From Candidatus Methylomirabilia bacterium (GTDB taxonomy: Bacteria; Methylomirabilota; Methylomirabilia; Rokubacteriales; CSP1-6): a stretch of DNA of 40,776 bases. Of the stretch, positions 9,265 through 19,403 are shown one piece after another; the first letter of the stretch is position 1; each line of letters begins with the position of its first letter. The translations under genes were made by a program, and so were the position numbers. The stretch is taken from contig JBGPXN010000023.1 of the NCBI GenBank assembly GCA_041492755.1, positions 1 to 40,776 on the forward strand, read 5' to 3'. Under the pieces are notes generated by a model. It saw only the letters and a program-made list of their open reading frames with translations. It was not told the DNA's origin and made no database searches.

Positions 9265-10488
9265 TTATTTCGGGATGAGCGCTTCGAACTCGGACCGGAA
9301 CTTCTCGACGTACGAGATGTACGGCCCGACGGCGCCGTCGTAGAAGGCGCAGATCGTCGTTCCGCTGGCCCGACGGGCGACGTCGAGGATCGTGTCGAGA
9401 TCCTCCTTGCGACCCTCCCCGTGCACGACCCGGCTCACCATCTTGTGGATCCAGCCCGTCGTCTCGCGGCAGGGCGTGCACTGCCCGCAGCTCTCGTGGG
9501 CGTAGAACCGGGTGAGGACCATCAGCGCCTGCGGCATGGACACCGACTCGTCCATGACGATCACGCCGGCCGAGCCGATCATCGAGCCGACCTTCATGAG
9601 TCCGTCGACGTCCATGGTGACGTCGATCTGGTCGGCGGACAGCACCGCGGACGACGAGCCGCCCGGCACCACCGCCTTGAGCCGGCCGCTGGCGCTGACC
9701 CCGCCTGCGTAGTCGTAGATGAGCTGCCGCAGCGTGACGGCGCACGACGCCTCGTACACGCCCGGGCGCTTGACGCGGCCCGAGACCGAGTACATCCGCG
9801 TGCCCCCCTGGGTCGCGCTCCCGAGGGCGGCGAACCAGGCGGCGCCCCGATTCAGGATGGGCGGCACGCACGAGATCGTCTCGACGTTGTTGACGATGGT
9901 CGGCGAGCCGAAGGCGCCCTTGATGGCCGGGAACGGCGGCTTGAGCTTGGGCCAGCCCTTCTTGCCCTCGAGCGACGAGATCAGGCCGGTCTCCTCGCCG
10001 CAGATGTAGGCGCCGGCGCCGCGGTGCACGACGATGTCGTAGCCATGGCCCAGGATGCCGGCCTCGTACGCCTCGCGCACCGCGTCGCTGAAGACGCGGT
10101 GCGGCTGCACGTACTCGCCACGGATGTAGACGAAGCCCTTGGCGCCCCGGATCGCGCGCATGGTGATGAGCATGCCTTCGACGAGGGCGTGGGGATCGCG
10201 CTCGAGGAGATAGCGATCCTTGAAGGTGCCCGGCTCGCCCTCGTCGGCGTTGATCACCAGGTATACCGGGCCCTGGTGGCCCTGGGGGATGAACGACCAC
10301 TTCGTCCCGGTCGGGAACCCGGCGCCGCCGAGGCCGCGGAGCTTGGACTGCTTGATCTCGTCGATGATGGCGGCCGGCGCCATCGACTGCGCCTTCTCCC
10401 ACGCGGTGTAGCCGCCGGTCTGCCGGTAGGCGGCGAGCGTGTGGGAGTCGGCACGGTCGAAGTTCCGCATGAGGACGATCTCGCTCAT
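9265..10488 (-). CDS. nuoF: NADH-quinone oxidoreductase subunit F
   Basis: GLGGAGFPTG, NADEGEPGTFKDR, GAGAYICGEET, ESCGQCTPCR. Start MSEIVLM at 10488. Confidence 0.94.
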   Translation of the reverse strand: MSEIVLMRNFDRADSHTLAAYRQTGGYTAWEKAQSMAPAAIIDEIKQSKLRGLGGAGFPTGTKWSFIPQGHQGPVYLVINADEGEPGTFKDRYLLERDPHALVEGMLITMRAIRGAKGFVYIRGEYVQPHRVFSDAVREAYEAGILGHGYDIVVHRGAGAYICGEETGLISSLEGKKGWPKLKPPFPAIKGAFGSPTIVNNVETISCVPPILNRGAAWFAALGSATQGGTRMYSVSGRVKRPGVYEASCAVTLRQLIYDYAGGVSASGRLKAVVPGGSSSAVLSADQIDVTMDVDGLMKVGSMIGSAGVIVMDESVSMPQALMVLTRFYAHESCGQCTPCRETTGWIHKMVSRVVHGEGRKEDLDTILDVARRASGTTICAFYDGAVGPYISYVEKFRSEFEALIPK

Positions 10489-10997
10489 GGCAACGCCCTC
10501 AAGAGGCCGTCCACTTTGTCGGGCGTGAGGTCGAACTCGTAGCGGTCGTCCACCTGCATCATGGGCGCGTGCTCGCACGCGCACAGGCACTCCACGCTCT
10601 GCAGGGTGATGCGCCCGTCCGGCGTGGTTTCCCCCACGTCGATACCCAGCCGCTCCTGGGCGTGCGCGATGATGCTCGGCGCGCCGGCCAGGAAGCAGGA
10701 GAGGTTGTGGCAGATCCCGAGCACGTGCCGGCCCTTCGGCTTCTGGAAGTACATCGTGTAGAAGGTCACGACCTCGTGCACGTGGGCGGGCGCGAGGTTG
10801 AACAGTCCCGCCACGTACGCCTCGGTCTCCAGCGAGATGTAGCCGAAGGTGTCCTGCGCCATGTGGAGCACCATCAGCAGGGCGCCCCGGGGGTCGGGAT
10901 AGAGCGACTGCAGGCGGCGGACCTCGGCCACCTGTTCGGGAGAGAACGCGACCGCGGTCGGGCTCGGAGAGCTGGGGGCTCCGAGAGTGGGGGTCAC
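10485..10997 (-). CDS. nuoE: NADH-quinone oxidoreductase subunit E
   Basis: EVVTFYTMY, CHNLSC and ECLCACEHAP 2Fe-2S ligands. GTG start overlaps the nuoD stop (GTGA). Confidence 0.9.
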   Translation of the reverse strand: MTPTLGAPSSPSPTAVAFSPEQVAEVRRLQSLYPDPRGALLMVLHMAQDTFGYISLETEAYVAGLFNLAPAHVHEVVTFYTMYFQKPKGRHVLGICHNLSCFLAGAPSIIAHAQERLGIDVGETTPDGRITLQSVECLCACEHAPMMQVDDRYEFDLTPDKVDGLLRALP

Positions 10998-12370
10998 CGG
11001 TCGAGCTCGCCTCCGATCATGTTGACCGAGCCGAAGGTCGGGATGAGATCGGCCACCATCTCGCCCTCGATCATCCGGTGCAGCGCGGCGAGCGGCGGCA
11101 GGCAGGGCGGCCGGCAGCGGACGCGGTAGGGACGGTCGCCGCCGTCCGACACGACGTAGAACCCGAGCTCGCCGTTGGCCCCTTCCACCGCGAAGTACGC
11201 CTCGCCCTGCGGCGGGCGGATGCCGTACCCCTCCATGATGAGCATGAAGTGGTTCATCAGGCCCTCGATGGAGCCGTACGTCTGCTCCTTCGGGGGCAGC
11301 GCCACGCGCTTGTCGCCGGTGTTGACCGCGTCGTGGGCCCCCCGTTCCTGGCCCTGGAGGTTCGGCGAAAGCCGGATCGAGTGCAGGAGCAGGCCCTGCG
11401 TCTTGCCCTGCTTGCCCTGGTCCACGTAGCTGGCGGGATCGAGCGGCTTGCCCTCGAAGTCCACGTTGATGGGCCCGGCCGGGATCTGCTCGAGCGCCTG
11501 CTCGGCGATGCGCATGGACTGCTCCATCTCCCCCATGCGCACGAGGTAGCGCGCGTAGTTGTCGCCGTCCTTCTGGGTGACAACCTCCCACTCGACGCGG
11601 TCGTACACGTAGTACGGCTGAGCCCGGCGCACGTCGAAGGGCACGCCGACGGCGCGCAGCATGGGCCCGGTGATCGAGTACGCGATGCTCTCTTCGCGGC
11701 TGAGCGCACCCACCCCGATCATGCGGTCCATGAAGATCCGGTTCCCGGTGATGAGCCGGTGCACCTCTTCCAGGACCTCGCGCGTCTGCTTGAACGCCTC
11801 GCGCATGCCGGCGCCGAACCCCTCAGGCAGGTCCGCCTTCACGCCGCCCACGCGTCCGTAGGAGATGGTCAGGCGGGCGCCCGTCACGTCCTCCACCAGC
11901 TCCCACAGGAACTCGCGGGCCTTGATCATGTAGAGGAAGACGGTGAAGGCACCCAGCTCCATGGCGGTGGCGCCGATGCAGGTGAGGTGGTCGGAGACCC
12001 GGGAGATCTCGCTCATGATGACCCGGATGTACTTGCAGCGCTCGGTGATGTCGATGCCGAGGACCTTCTCGACGGCGGAGGCGTAGCCGAAGTTGTTGAT
12101 CAGGGGCGACACGTAGTTCAGCCGGTCCGTGTAGGGGATGGCGTTGTTGTAGCTCCCGACCTCGCAGTCCTTCTCGAAGGCGCGATGCAGGTACCCGATC
12201 TCGACGTCGGCCTTGCGGATGACCTCGCCGTCCAGCTCGGTCACGATCCGGATGATGCCGTGCATCGCCGGGTGGGCGGGCCCGAAGCCGACCGTGAGGT
12301 TGGGCTGCCCGCCACCGCCGGTACCACCGCCTTCGCCGAGCATGAATTCCTGGCGCGTCTGCTCCGCCAT
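10994..12370 (-). CDS. nuoD: NADH-quinone oxidoreductase subunit D
   Basis: GPAHPAMHG, GYLHRAFEK, DRLNY, GELGFY, C-terminal GELDR. Start MAEQTRQ at 12370. Confidence 0.94.
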   Translation of the reverse strand: MAEQTRQEFMLGEGGGTGGGGQPNLTVGFGPAHPAMHGIIRIVTELDGEVIRKADVEIGYLHRAFEKDCEVGSYNNAIPYTDRLNYVSPLINNFGYASAVEKVLGIDITERCKYIRVIMSEISRVSDHLTCIGATAMELGAFTVFLYMIKAREFLWELVEDVTGARLTISYGRVGGVKADLPEGFGAGMREAFKQTREVLEEVHRLITGNRIFMDRMIGVGALSREESIAYSITGPMLRAVGVPFDVRRAQPYYVYDRVEWEVVTQKDGDNYARYLVRMGEMEQSMRIAEQALEQIPAGPINVDFEGKPLDPASYVDQGKQGKTQGLLLHSIRLSPNLQGQERGAHDAVNTGDKRVALPPKEQTYGSIEGLMNHFMLIMEGYGIRPPQGEAYFAVEGANGELGFYVVSDGGDRPYRVRCRPPCLPPLAALHRMIEGEMVADLIPTFGSVNMIGGELDR

Positions 12371-12378
12371 GGCGCTCC

Positions 12379-12876
12379 TCAGATCCGCGGGCCGATCAGC
12401 GGCTGGCGCCGGTTGATCGGGTAGTCCTTGCGCAGCGGGTGACCCACGAACTCCTCGTAGAGGAGCAGGCGGCGGAGGTCGGGGTGGCCCTCGAACCGGA
12501 TGCCGAACATGTCCCAGACCTCGCGCTCGAACCAGTTCGCGATCGGCCACAGGGGAACGGCCGTCGGCACCACCGCGTCGTCCTCCTCCACCCGCACCTT
12601 GATCCGGACCCGGTGGTTGTGGGGGATGGAGCACAGGTAGTAGACGACCTCGAAGCGCGGCCCGTCCTCGCGGCCCGGATACTTGAGGTAGTCCACCGCG
12701 GTGAGGTCGGTCAGCATGTCGAAGGCGAGGCCGGGCGTGTCCCGCAGGAAGCGCAACACGTCGACGAGGGCCTGCCGGGCCACCACCGCCGTGTGATCGC
12801 CGCGGAAGTCGTGGGTCTCGACGATGGCGTCGGCGAAGCGCTCGCGCAGGCGGTCGAGGATGGCGGCTCCGTCCAC
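12379..12876 (-). CDS. nuoC: NADH-quinone oxidoreductase subunit C
   Basis: ANWFEREVWDMFGIRFEGHPDLRRLL...GHPLRKDYP. Start position (GTG at 12876) is inferred. Confidence 0.92.
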   Translation of the reverse strand: MDGAAILDRLRERFADAIVETHDFRGDHTAVVARQALVDVLRFLRDTPGLAFDMLTDLTAVDYLKYPGREDGPRFEVVYYLCSIPHNHRVRIKVRVEEDDAVVPTAVPLWPIANWFEREVWDMFGIRFEGHPDLRRLLLYEEFVGHPLRKDYPINRRQPLIGPRI

Positions 12877-12884
12877 GCGAAGTC

Positions 12885-13343
12885 TCAGAACCTCTGGACC
12901 TGGGTGGCGATCTTGTCTTGAAGTTTCATGAGACCGTCGATCACGCTCTCGGGCCGGGGCGGACAGCCCGGGATATAGATGTCCACCGGGATGATGGTGT
13001 CGATGCCCTGCACGGTGGCGTAGTTGTCGTAGAACCCGCCGGTGCAGGTGCACACGCCGAAGGCCACCACCCACTTGGGCTCGGTCATCTGGTCGTAGAT
13101 CCGCTTGAGCACGGGGGCCATCTTGTGGCTGATCGTCCCGACCACGAACAGCACGTCGGCTTGCCGGGGCGAGAATCGCGGCACCCCCGCCCCGAACCGA
13201 TCGATGTCGTAGTGCGAGCAGGCGGTCGCCATGTACTCCATGCCGCAGCACGCCGTCACGAACGGGTACTGGAAGATGGAGTACTTGCGGGCCCAGCCGA
13301 TGGCCTCGTCGAGCTTGGAGGTGAAGAAGCTGCCTACTCCCAT
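12885..13343 (-). CDS. nuoB: NADH-quinone oxidoreductase subunit B
   Basis: [23 protein letters not shown] motifs. Start MGVGSFF at 13343. Confidence 0.93.
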   Translation of the reverse strand: MGVGSFFTSKLDEAIGWARKYSIFQYPFVTACCGMEYMATACSHYDIDRFGAGVPRFSPRQADVLFVVGTISHKMAPVLKRIYDQMTEPKWVVAFGVCTCTGGFYDNYATVQGIDTIIPVDIYIPGCPPRPESVIDGLMKLQDKIATQVQRF

Positions 13344-13684
13344 TCCAGGCCTCCCTTGCGCCAGATATAGAGGAAACCCAGCATCAGGATGCCGAGAAAT
13401 ACCAGCATCTCGACGAAGCCGAACCAGCCCAGCTTGCGATAGAGCATCGCCCACGGCCACACGAACAGCAGCTCGATGTCGACGAGGATGAAGAAGATCG
13501 CCACCGTCGCGAACTTGATGGCGAACCGGCCCTCGGAAATGTGGATGGGATCCTTGCCGCACTCGAACGGCGCCGCCTTCACCGGGCTCAACCGGCGCGG
13601 CGCGATCAGGTGCGGGATACCCATGAGGGCGCCCGCCACCGCCGCGGCAAAGCCGAACACCATCAGGATGGTGACATATTCCAT
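13334..13684 (-). CDS. nuoA: NADH-quinone oxidoreductase subunit A
   Basis: PFECG, FILVDIE, C-terminal GGLEWE. Confidence 0.93.
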   Translation of the reverse strand: MEYVTILMVFGFAAAVAGALMGIPHLIAPRRLSPVKAAPFECGKDPIHISEGRFAIKFATVAIFFILVDIELLFVWPWAMLYRKLGWFGFVEMLVFLGILMLGFLYIWRKGGLEWE

Positions 13685-14593
13685 CTAGCGCGCCTCCACC
13701 GCCGGCGTCTGCCGCTTGGCGTGGTAGGAGCTGCGCACGAGCGGACCGGATTCGACGTGGGCAAAACCGAGCTCCCGCCCCCGCGTCGCCAGCGCGGCGA
13801 ACTCGTCGGGATGGTAGTAGCGGGCGACCGGCAGGTGCGCGGCCGACGGGCGCAGGTACTGACCGAGCGTGAGGATGTTCACGTCGACCGCGCGGAGATC
13901 TTCCATCGTCGCCACCACCTCGTCCGGTGTCTCGCCCAGCCCGAGGATGATGCCCGACTTCGTCACCCCGTGGGGCGCCGTCTTTCGGACGTACCGGAAA
14001 AGATCGAGGCAGCGGTCGTAGCGGCCCCCGTGCCGGGCGACCTTGTACAGGCGCGGCACCGTTTCCGTGTTGTGGTTCAGCACGTTCGGGCCGGCCGCCA
14101 TCACCGCGTCGAGCGACGCCGTGGAGCCCTGGAAGTCGGGGATGAGCGCCTCCACCCGGCAACCCGGGGCCTGCCGCCGCACGGATCGGATGGTCGCCGC
14201 CCAGTGGGCGGCGCCGCCGTCGGCGAGATCGTCACGGTTCACCGACGTGATGACCACGTAGTCGAGGCCGAGCGCCGCCACCGCGTGGCCGATCCGCTCC
14301 GGCTCCTCACGGTCTTCCCACACCGGACGCCCGTGCTCCACCGCGCAATAGCCGCAATTGCGCGTACACACGTCGCCGAGGATCATAAAGGTCGCCGTCG
14401 CGTCCTCCCAGCACTCTCCGATGTTGGGACAGCGCGCCTCTTCGCAGACCGTGTGGAGATTCCACTCGCGCAGCGACCGGCGGAGCCGCAGATAGTTCGG
14501 CCCTCCCGGCGCCCTGACCTTGAGCCAGGCCGGCTTGCGCCCCTCGGCGGGCGCGGGCGACTCCAGCAAGGGAAGTGGACGTGTCGTAGGCAT
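13685..14593 (-). CDS. lipA: Lipoyl synthase
   Basis: [12 protein letters not shown] auxiliary cluster, CTRNCGYC radical SAM motif, VRSSYHA. Confidence 0.95.
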   Translation of the reverse strand: MPTTRPLPLLESPAPAEGRKPAWLKVRAPGGPNYLRLRRSLREWNLHTVCEEARCPNIGECWEDATATFMILGDVCTRNCGYCAVEHGRPVWEDREEPERIGHAVAALGLDYVVITSVNRDDLADGGAAHWAATIRSVRRQAPGCRVEALIPDFQGSTASLDAVMAAGPNVLNHNTETVPRLYKVARHGGRYDRCLDLFRYVRKTAPHGVTKSGIILGLGETPDEVVATMEDLRAVDVNILTLGQYLRPSAAHLPVARYYHPDEFAALATRGRELGFAHVESGPLVRSSYHAKRQTPAVEAR

Positions 14594-14803
14594 CCGGCCT
14601 TACTGCCAAAAACCGGCTCATTATGCCATGGATCGCGCGGTGTGCAGGGTCCGCTCGTGAGTGAGCCACCGCCGGCGCGGCCGTCGGGCGCCGGCGAGCC
14701 GGGCCGGGGGGCGGCGCATACCGGGAGTTTGGCGGGCAATGGCCCGGCGCGTGATACTGAGGCGGCCGGATCGGCGGCCCACGCCGGGGGCCAAGGAGGA
14801 CGC

Positions 14804-15157
14804 ATGACACGACTGATTGCCGCGCTCATCGCCCTGCTCTTCGCCGTCGCCCTGCTCGAAGCCCCCGCCGCCTGGGCGCAGGCCAAGACCGACACCAAAG
14901 CGCCCGCCAAGACCGAGACCAGGTCCGACACCAAGGCCGGCGCGGAGAAGAAGAAGGGGCCGCTCGACCTCAACACCGCCTCCGCGGATGAGCTGCAGAC
15001 GCTCCCCGGGATCGGCGACGCCCTCTCCAAGAAAATCATCGACAGCCGCCCCTACAAGCGCAAGGACGAACTGGTCCAGAAGAAGATCATTCCGCAGGCC
15101 ACCTACGACCAGATCAAGGATCGGGTCATCGCCAAGCAGGCCTCGACCAAGAAGTAA
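14804..15157 (+). CDS. Exported helix-hairpin-helix DNA-binding protein (ComEA-like)
   Basis: AAGGAGGA RBS then ATG at 14804; signal peptide; [18 protein letters not shown]hH motif; [10 protein letters not shown]. Confidence 0.8.
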   Translation: MTRLIAALIALLFAVALLEAPAAWAQAKTDTKAPAKTETRSDTKAGAEKKKGPLDLNTASADELQTLPGIGDALSKKIIDSRPYKRKDELVQKKIIPQATYDQIKDRVIAKQASTKK

Positions 15158-15186
15158 CGCCTTCCTCGCCAAGTCCGTCGGCCCCG

Positions 15187-15247
15187 GGAGGGGCGGGGAT
15201 GGGAGGCTGCGCTCACTATTCGCTCCGCCTCCCATCCCCGCCCCTCC
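15187..15247. terminator. 21-bp perfect inverted repeat between convergent genes (probable bidirectional terminator or REP-like hairpin)
   Basis: GGAGGGGCGGGGATGGGAGGC (15187-15207) pairs with GCCTCCCATCCCCGCCCCTCC (15227-15247) around a 19-nt loop. No U-tract. Confidence 0.55.
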
Positions 15248-15327
15248 GTCACATCGAATCAGGTCGAAGAACGTACTGCTGAGCCGGCCGCTGGGCTCTT
15301 CGTTCAGCCAGCGGACGCTTTGTCCGT

Positions 15328-17154
15328 TCAGCGGGCGCGGGCGCTGATCACTTCGAAGAGGCGGGGGATCTTCGTCTTGCCCTTCAGCGGGACTTCGGGC
15401 ATCGGACGGCACTCGAACTCGTCTTTCACCTCCTCGAAGGTCGGTTCGGTGATCAGGATCGTGGTGCCGAATTCCTTGTTCGCCGATTCGACGCGGGCGC
15501 AGGTGTTCACGCCGTCGCCGATGGCGGTGTACTCGAGGCGCTTGCGGGAGCCGATGTTGCCGACGATGACGTCGTCGGTGTGGATGCCGATGCCGATGGC
15601 GATCGGGGGCTGGCCGAGGACGGAGCGCTCGCCGTTGATCTTCGCGAGCAGGGCCTTCATGCGAAGCGCCGCCCGCACCGCCCGGCGCGGGTGATCGGGC
15701 GTGTCGTCCAGTCCACCGAAGACCGCCATCATGCCGTCGCCGATGAACTTGTCGAGCACGCCCTGCTGATCGAAGACCGCCTCCACCATCTCCGAGAAGT
15801 AGTCGTTGAGGAAGCCGACCACCTGCTCCGGGGACAGCGACTCGGACATGGCGGTGAAGTTGCGGATGTCCGAGAAGAGCATGGTGACCCGCTTGCGGTG
15901 GCCGCCGAGGTTGATCTCGCCCTTGAGGATCTCCTGCGTCACCTGAGTCGTGACGTAGCGCCCGAACACTTCCTTGATGCGCTCGCGCTCCTGCAGGCCC
16001 TCCACCATCTGGTTGAGGGCGGTGGCGAGGCGACCGAGCTCGTCGCGTCCGTGGATGCTCACGCGCCGGGTGAGGTCCCCCCCCTGGACGGCATGCACCA
16101 GATCGAGGAAATGGTCGAGGGGCCGGCGCAGCCACACCGCGGCCTGGGTGGCGACGACCAGGCAGAGGACGACCACGACCGCGAGACCGATGGCGAAGTC
16201 GTCCCACAGATCGTGGATGGCGACGAGGGCGTCGGAGGCGCGCTCCTCGCTCACCAGCACCCACGGCTTGCCGCCCAGCGTGGTGGGCGCCGGCACGGGT
16301 CGATAGGCGAAGAGCAGGGTGTCGCCGGCCTTGTTCCTGGCGATGAGCCAGCCGGTCTTGCCCTGGAGCCCCTCGCGCACCGCCTGATACGACGTGAGGT
16401 CCTCTCGGATCCGCGACGGATCCGAATGCGCGAGGGCGCGACCGCTGCCGTCGACGAGCAACATGCGGCCGGTCCGGTTGAACCGGCTGGCGCCGACCAG
16501 GCTGGCGAGGTCGTTCTGGAGGTCCCAGCGCGCGGTCAGCACACCCTCGACCTGCTTCCTCGCACCCCGTAGCGGGACGGCCAGATAGAGGACGTAGCGA
16601 TCGAAGACGGGCGAGACGTAGGGGTCCGACACGAACGGCCGGCCCTCGAGCGCGTAGGACATGGCGATCCGGTCGGGTGGCTCGTGGCGATCCACCATGC
16701 TGCTGATGAGCAGCGACGTACCCTGATCATCGTAGACGGTGAGCTGAAGGAAGCGCGGATCGACGTGCTGGACTTCGCGGATCATCGCGCGCGCCTCGTC
16801 GGGCTGGCGCCGCACGACGTCCAGCGACATCGTTTCCGCGATTCGAAGCAGGGTGGTGCGGCCGCGCTCGGTCTCCTCGTGAATCTCGCCCTCGACGATG
16901 TCGCCCATGTTCTTCATGCCGGTGACGACGCTCTGGAACACGACCTCCCGGCCGGCGTCGTAGAACCACACGACGAGGATGGCGGCTGTCCCGACGCCGG
17001 CACCGCCCACGGCAAGCAGGAACGTGTAGAAGAACCCGCGGTGCAGGCGCGAGAACCAGCGCGCGCGGATCGCGTAGAGGTAGACGCCGAACAGGACGAC
17101 CGCCACCGCGAGGCTGATGGCGACGGCGGGCGGGATGGTCACCGAGACAGTCAC
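15328..17154 (-). CDS. Membrane class III adenylate cyclase (TM-Cache-TM-HAMP-cyclase)
   Basis: FSDIRNFT, DKFIGDG (ATP-specifying K), YTAIGDGVNTCAR; HAMP motif DELGRLATALNQM; Cache-like FVSDPYVSP. Confidence 0.88.
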   Translation of the reverse strand: MTVSVTIPPAVAISLAVAVVLFGVYLYAIRARWFSRLHRGFFYTFLLAVGGAGVGTAAILVVWFYDAGREVVFQSVVTGMKNMGDIVEGEIHEETERGRTTLLRIAETMSLDVVRRQPDEARAMIREVQHVDPRFLQLTVYDDQGTSLLISSMVDRHEPPDRIAMSYALEGRPFVSDPYVSPVFDRYVLYLAVPLRGARKQVEGVLTARWDLQNDLASLVGASRFNRTGRMLLVDGSGRALAHSDPSRIREDLTSYQAVREGLQGKTGWLIARNKAGDTLLFAYRPVPAPTTLGGKPWVLVSEERASDALVAIHDLWDDFAIGLAVVVVLCLVVATQAAVWLRRPLDHFLDLVHAVQGGDLTRRVSIHGRDELGRLATALNQMVEGLQERERIKEVFGRYVTTQVTQEILKGEINLGGHRKRVTMLFSDIRNFTAMSESLSPEQVVGFLNDYFSEMVEAVFDQQGVLDKFIGDGMMAVFGGLDDTPDHPRRAVRAALRMKALLAKINGERSVLGQPPIAIGIGIHTDDVIVGNIGSRKRLEYTAIGDGVNTCARVESANKEFGTTILITEPTFEEVKDEFECRPMPEVPLKGKTKIPRLFEVISARAR

Positions 17155-17185
17155 AAGTTCCTCAGATCAAAACCCACGAGGGAAT

Positions 17186-17355
17186 TCGAGGAGCGCCCCG
17201 GCTCCGCCGCGGCACTCCGAGCGTTGGGGATGTCGAGGCACGCCCCGGGGTTCCCAGGGCGCGTCGGAGCGGTGGGGGGTATCGAGGCGCGCCCCGGGGT
17301 TCCCGGGGCGTGTCCGAGCGATGGGGGTATGGGGGGCCATTTCGGGGCCCCCCAT
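17186..17355 (+). repeat. Modular intergenic repeat: three ~47-49-bp TCGAG-initiated hairpin units plus terminal hairpin
   Basis: Units start at 17186, 17233 and 17282. Terminal hairpin ATGGGGGGCC-ATTTCGG-GGCCCCCCAT at 17329-17355. Confidence 0.8.
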
Positions 17356-17360
17356 GTAAG

Positions 17361-17445
<85 letters not shown>

Positions 17446-17485
17446 CCGGGAGTCACGACGAGCGCCACGGCTCCAGCAGCGACGA

Positions 17486-17514
17486 AGTATATCGCTAACG
17501 TCCGCGACCGGCAA
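17486..17514 (-). promoter_or_regulatory. Putative sigma70 promoter for tRNA-Leu
   Basis: TTGCCG-N17-TATACT on the minus strand, overlapping the 3' end of oppC. Confidence 0.6.
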
Positions 17515-18355
17515 TTCCGCCGGTCGCCTGACGCAGCCGCGGATCGAGCGCGTCGCGGATGCCCTCGCCGAGGAGATTGTACGACAGCACGGTGACCAGG
17601 ATGGCCAGGCCCGGGTAGAACGACAGCCACCACGCGATCTCGATCGCGTCCTTGCCTTCGTTGAGGATGTTGCCCCACGTCGCGAACGGCGGCTGCACGC
17701 CGAGCCCGAGGAACGACAGTCCCGACTCGGTGAGGATGGCCGCGGGGATGCCGAGCGTCATCGCCACCAGCACCGGGGCCATCGCGTTCGGCAGGATATG
17801 ACGCCACACCACCCGGAAGCCGCTGGCGCCGACCGACTGCGACCAGATCACGAACTCGCGCTCGCGCAGGGCGAGGAACTCCGCGCGCACGAGTCGGGTC
17901 ACCCCCATCCAGCCGGTGAGGCCGATCACGGCCATGATCGTCCAGATCGACGGCCGCAGGAACGCGAGCACGGTCAGGAGCAGGAAGAAGCGCGGGAACA
18001 CCAGCATCAGGTCCACCAGCCGCATGATGACGCCGTCGACCATGCCGCCGTTGTAGCCGGCGATGGCGCCGAGGATCATCCCGATGCCGGTGGCGATGCC
18101 GACGGAGACGAACCCCACGGCCAGCGACACGCGAGCGCCGTAGAGCATCCGGGTCAGGACGTCGCGGCCGAGCTGGTCGGTGCCGAGCGGGTGGACGGCG
18201 GAGGGACCGTCCAGGATCTTCTTGATGTCCGGGCGATGCGGATCCCAGCGCGACAGGTGCGACGCCAGCAGGGCCAGCACGACGAGCACCAGCACGACGG
18301 CGCCGCCGACCACGGCGAGCCGGTTCTTGGCGAAAGCGCGCCAGAAGTTCTTCAT
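17495..18355 (-). CDS. Peptide/nickel ABC transporter permease (OppC/DppC-like)
   Basis: HPLGTDQLGRD, RHILPN, ESGLSFLGLG, GEGIRDALDPR. Start MKNFW at 18355. Confidence 0.9.
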   Translation of the reverse strand: MKNFWRAFAKNRLAVVGGAVVLVLVVLALLASHLSRWDPHRPDIKKILDGPSAVHPLGTDQLGRDVLTRMLYGARVSLAVGFVSVGIATGIGMILGAIAGYNGGMVDGVIMRLVDLMLVFPRFFLLLTVLAFLRPSIWTIMAVIGLTGWMGVTRLVRAEFLALREREFVIWSQSVGASGFRVVWRHILPNAMAPVLVAMTLGIPAAILTESGLSFLGLGVQPPFATWGNILNEGKDAIEIAWWLSFYPGLAILVTVLSYNLLGEGIRDALDPRLRQATGGIAGRGR

Positions 18356-18377
18356 CGGCCGGCGCCGGCGGTTGCGC

Positions 18378-19370
18378 TCACCGGCCGCGGCCACCCAGAC
18401 GGATGCGGGGATCGACGAGCCCGTACGTGATGTCGGCCACCAGGTTGGCGAACAGCGTCACCACCGAGACGATGACGAGGTTGCCCATGATGACCGGATA
18501 ATCGCGCTGGAAGACCGACTGCACCATGAGCTGGCCCATCCCCGGGATGGCGAAGATCGTTTCCACGATCACGCTGCCGCCGATGAGGCCCGGCAGCGAC
18601 AGTCCGAGGATGGTCACGATGGGCAGCATGGCGTTGCGAAGGGCGTGCTTGCCGATCACGACGCGCTCGGACAGCCCCTTGGCGCGCGCGGACTGGATGT
18701 AGTCCTGCCGCACGACCTCCAGCATGCTCTGGCGCATATAGCGCGAGAACCCGGCCAGGCCCCCGAAGATCGCGACCGAGATGGGCAGGATGAGATGGCC
18801 CAGGAAGTCCCACTGCTGCCGCCAGAAGGTCAGGTACTCCCAGTTGAGCGAGCGGAGTCCCGAGATGGGCAGCCAGCCGAGCTGCACGCCGAAGAGGATC
18901 ATGAGAAGGAGGGCGAGCCAGAAATCGGGCGTGGCGAAGCCGACGAAGACGAAGATGGTCGTGACCTTGTCGAACGTGGAGTACTGCCGGGTGGCGCTGA
19001 ACACACCGATGGGAACGGCCAGGGCCACGATCAGCAGCATCTCGATGACGTTGAGGAACAGGGTGACCGGCAGCCGCTCCCCGATCTTCTGCAGCACGGG
19101 CCGGCCGTCGGGGGCGAACGAGCGGCCGAAGTCCGCTCGCACGAGCCGGTTCAGCCACTTCCAGTACTGGACGTAGACCGGCTTGTCGAGATCGTAGAGC
19201 TCGCGGAGCATCTGGCGGGCCTGCGCGCTGGACTCCGCGCTCATGTCGCCCGACGTCTGCATCTCGACCGGCTCGCCCGGTGCCAGGTGGATGACGAAGA
19301 ACGACACGAACGTGATGCCGATGAGCAGCGGCAAAGCCAGCACGAGCCGGCGGAGCGCGTACCAGAGCAT
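18378..19370 (-). CDS. Peptide/nickel ABC transporter permease (OppB/DppB-like)
   Basis: SARAKGL...KHALRNA EAA region; RDYPVIMG; DPRIR. Confidence 0.9.
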   Translation of the reverse strand: MLWYALRRLVLALPLLIGITFVSFFVIHLAPGEPVEMQTSGDMSAESSAQARQMLRELYDLDKPVYVQYWKWLNRLVRADFGRSFAPDGRPVLQKIGERLPVTLFLNVIEMLLIVALAVPIGVFSATRQYSTFDKVTTIFVFVGFATPDFWLALLLMILFGVQLGWLPISGLRSLNWEYLTFWRQQWDFLGHLILPISVAIFGGLAGFSRYMRQSMLEVVRQDYIQSARAKGLSERVVIGKHALRNAMLPIVTILGLSLPGLIGGSVIVETIFAIPGMGQLMVQSVFQRDYPVIMGNLVIVSVVTLFANLVADITYGLVDPRIRLGGRGR

Positions 19371-19403
19371 GGGCGCGCTATTCTATCCCGCCGCCTGGCG
19401 CCA

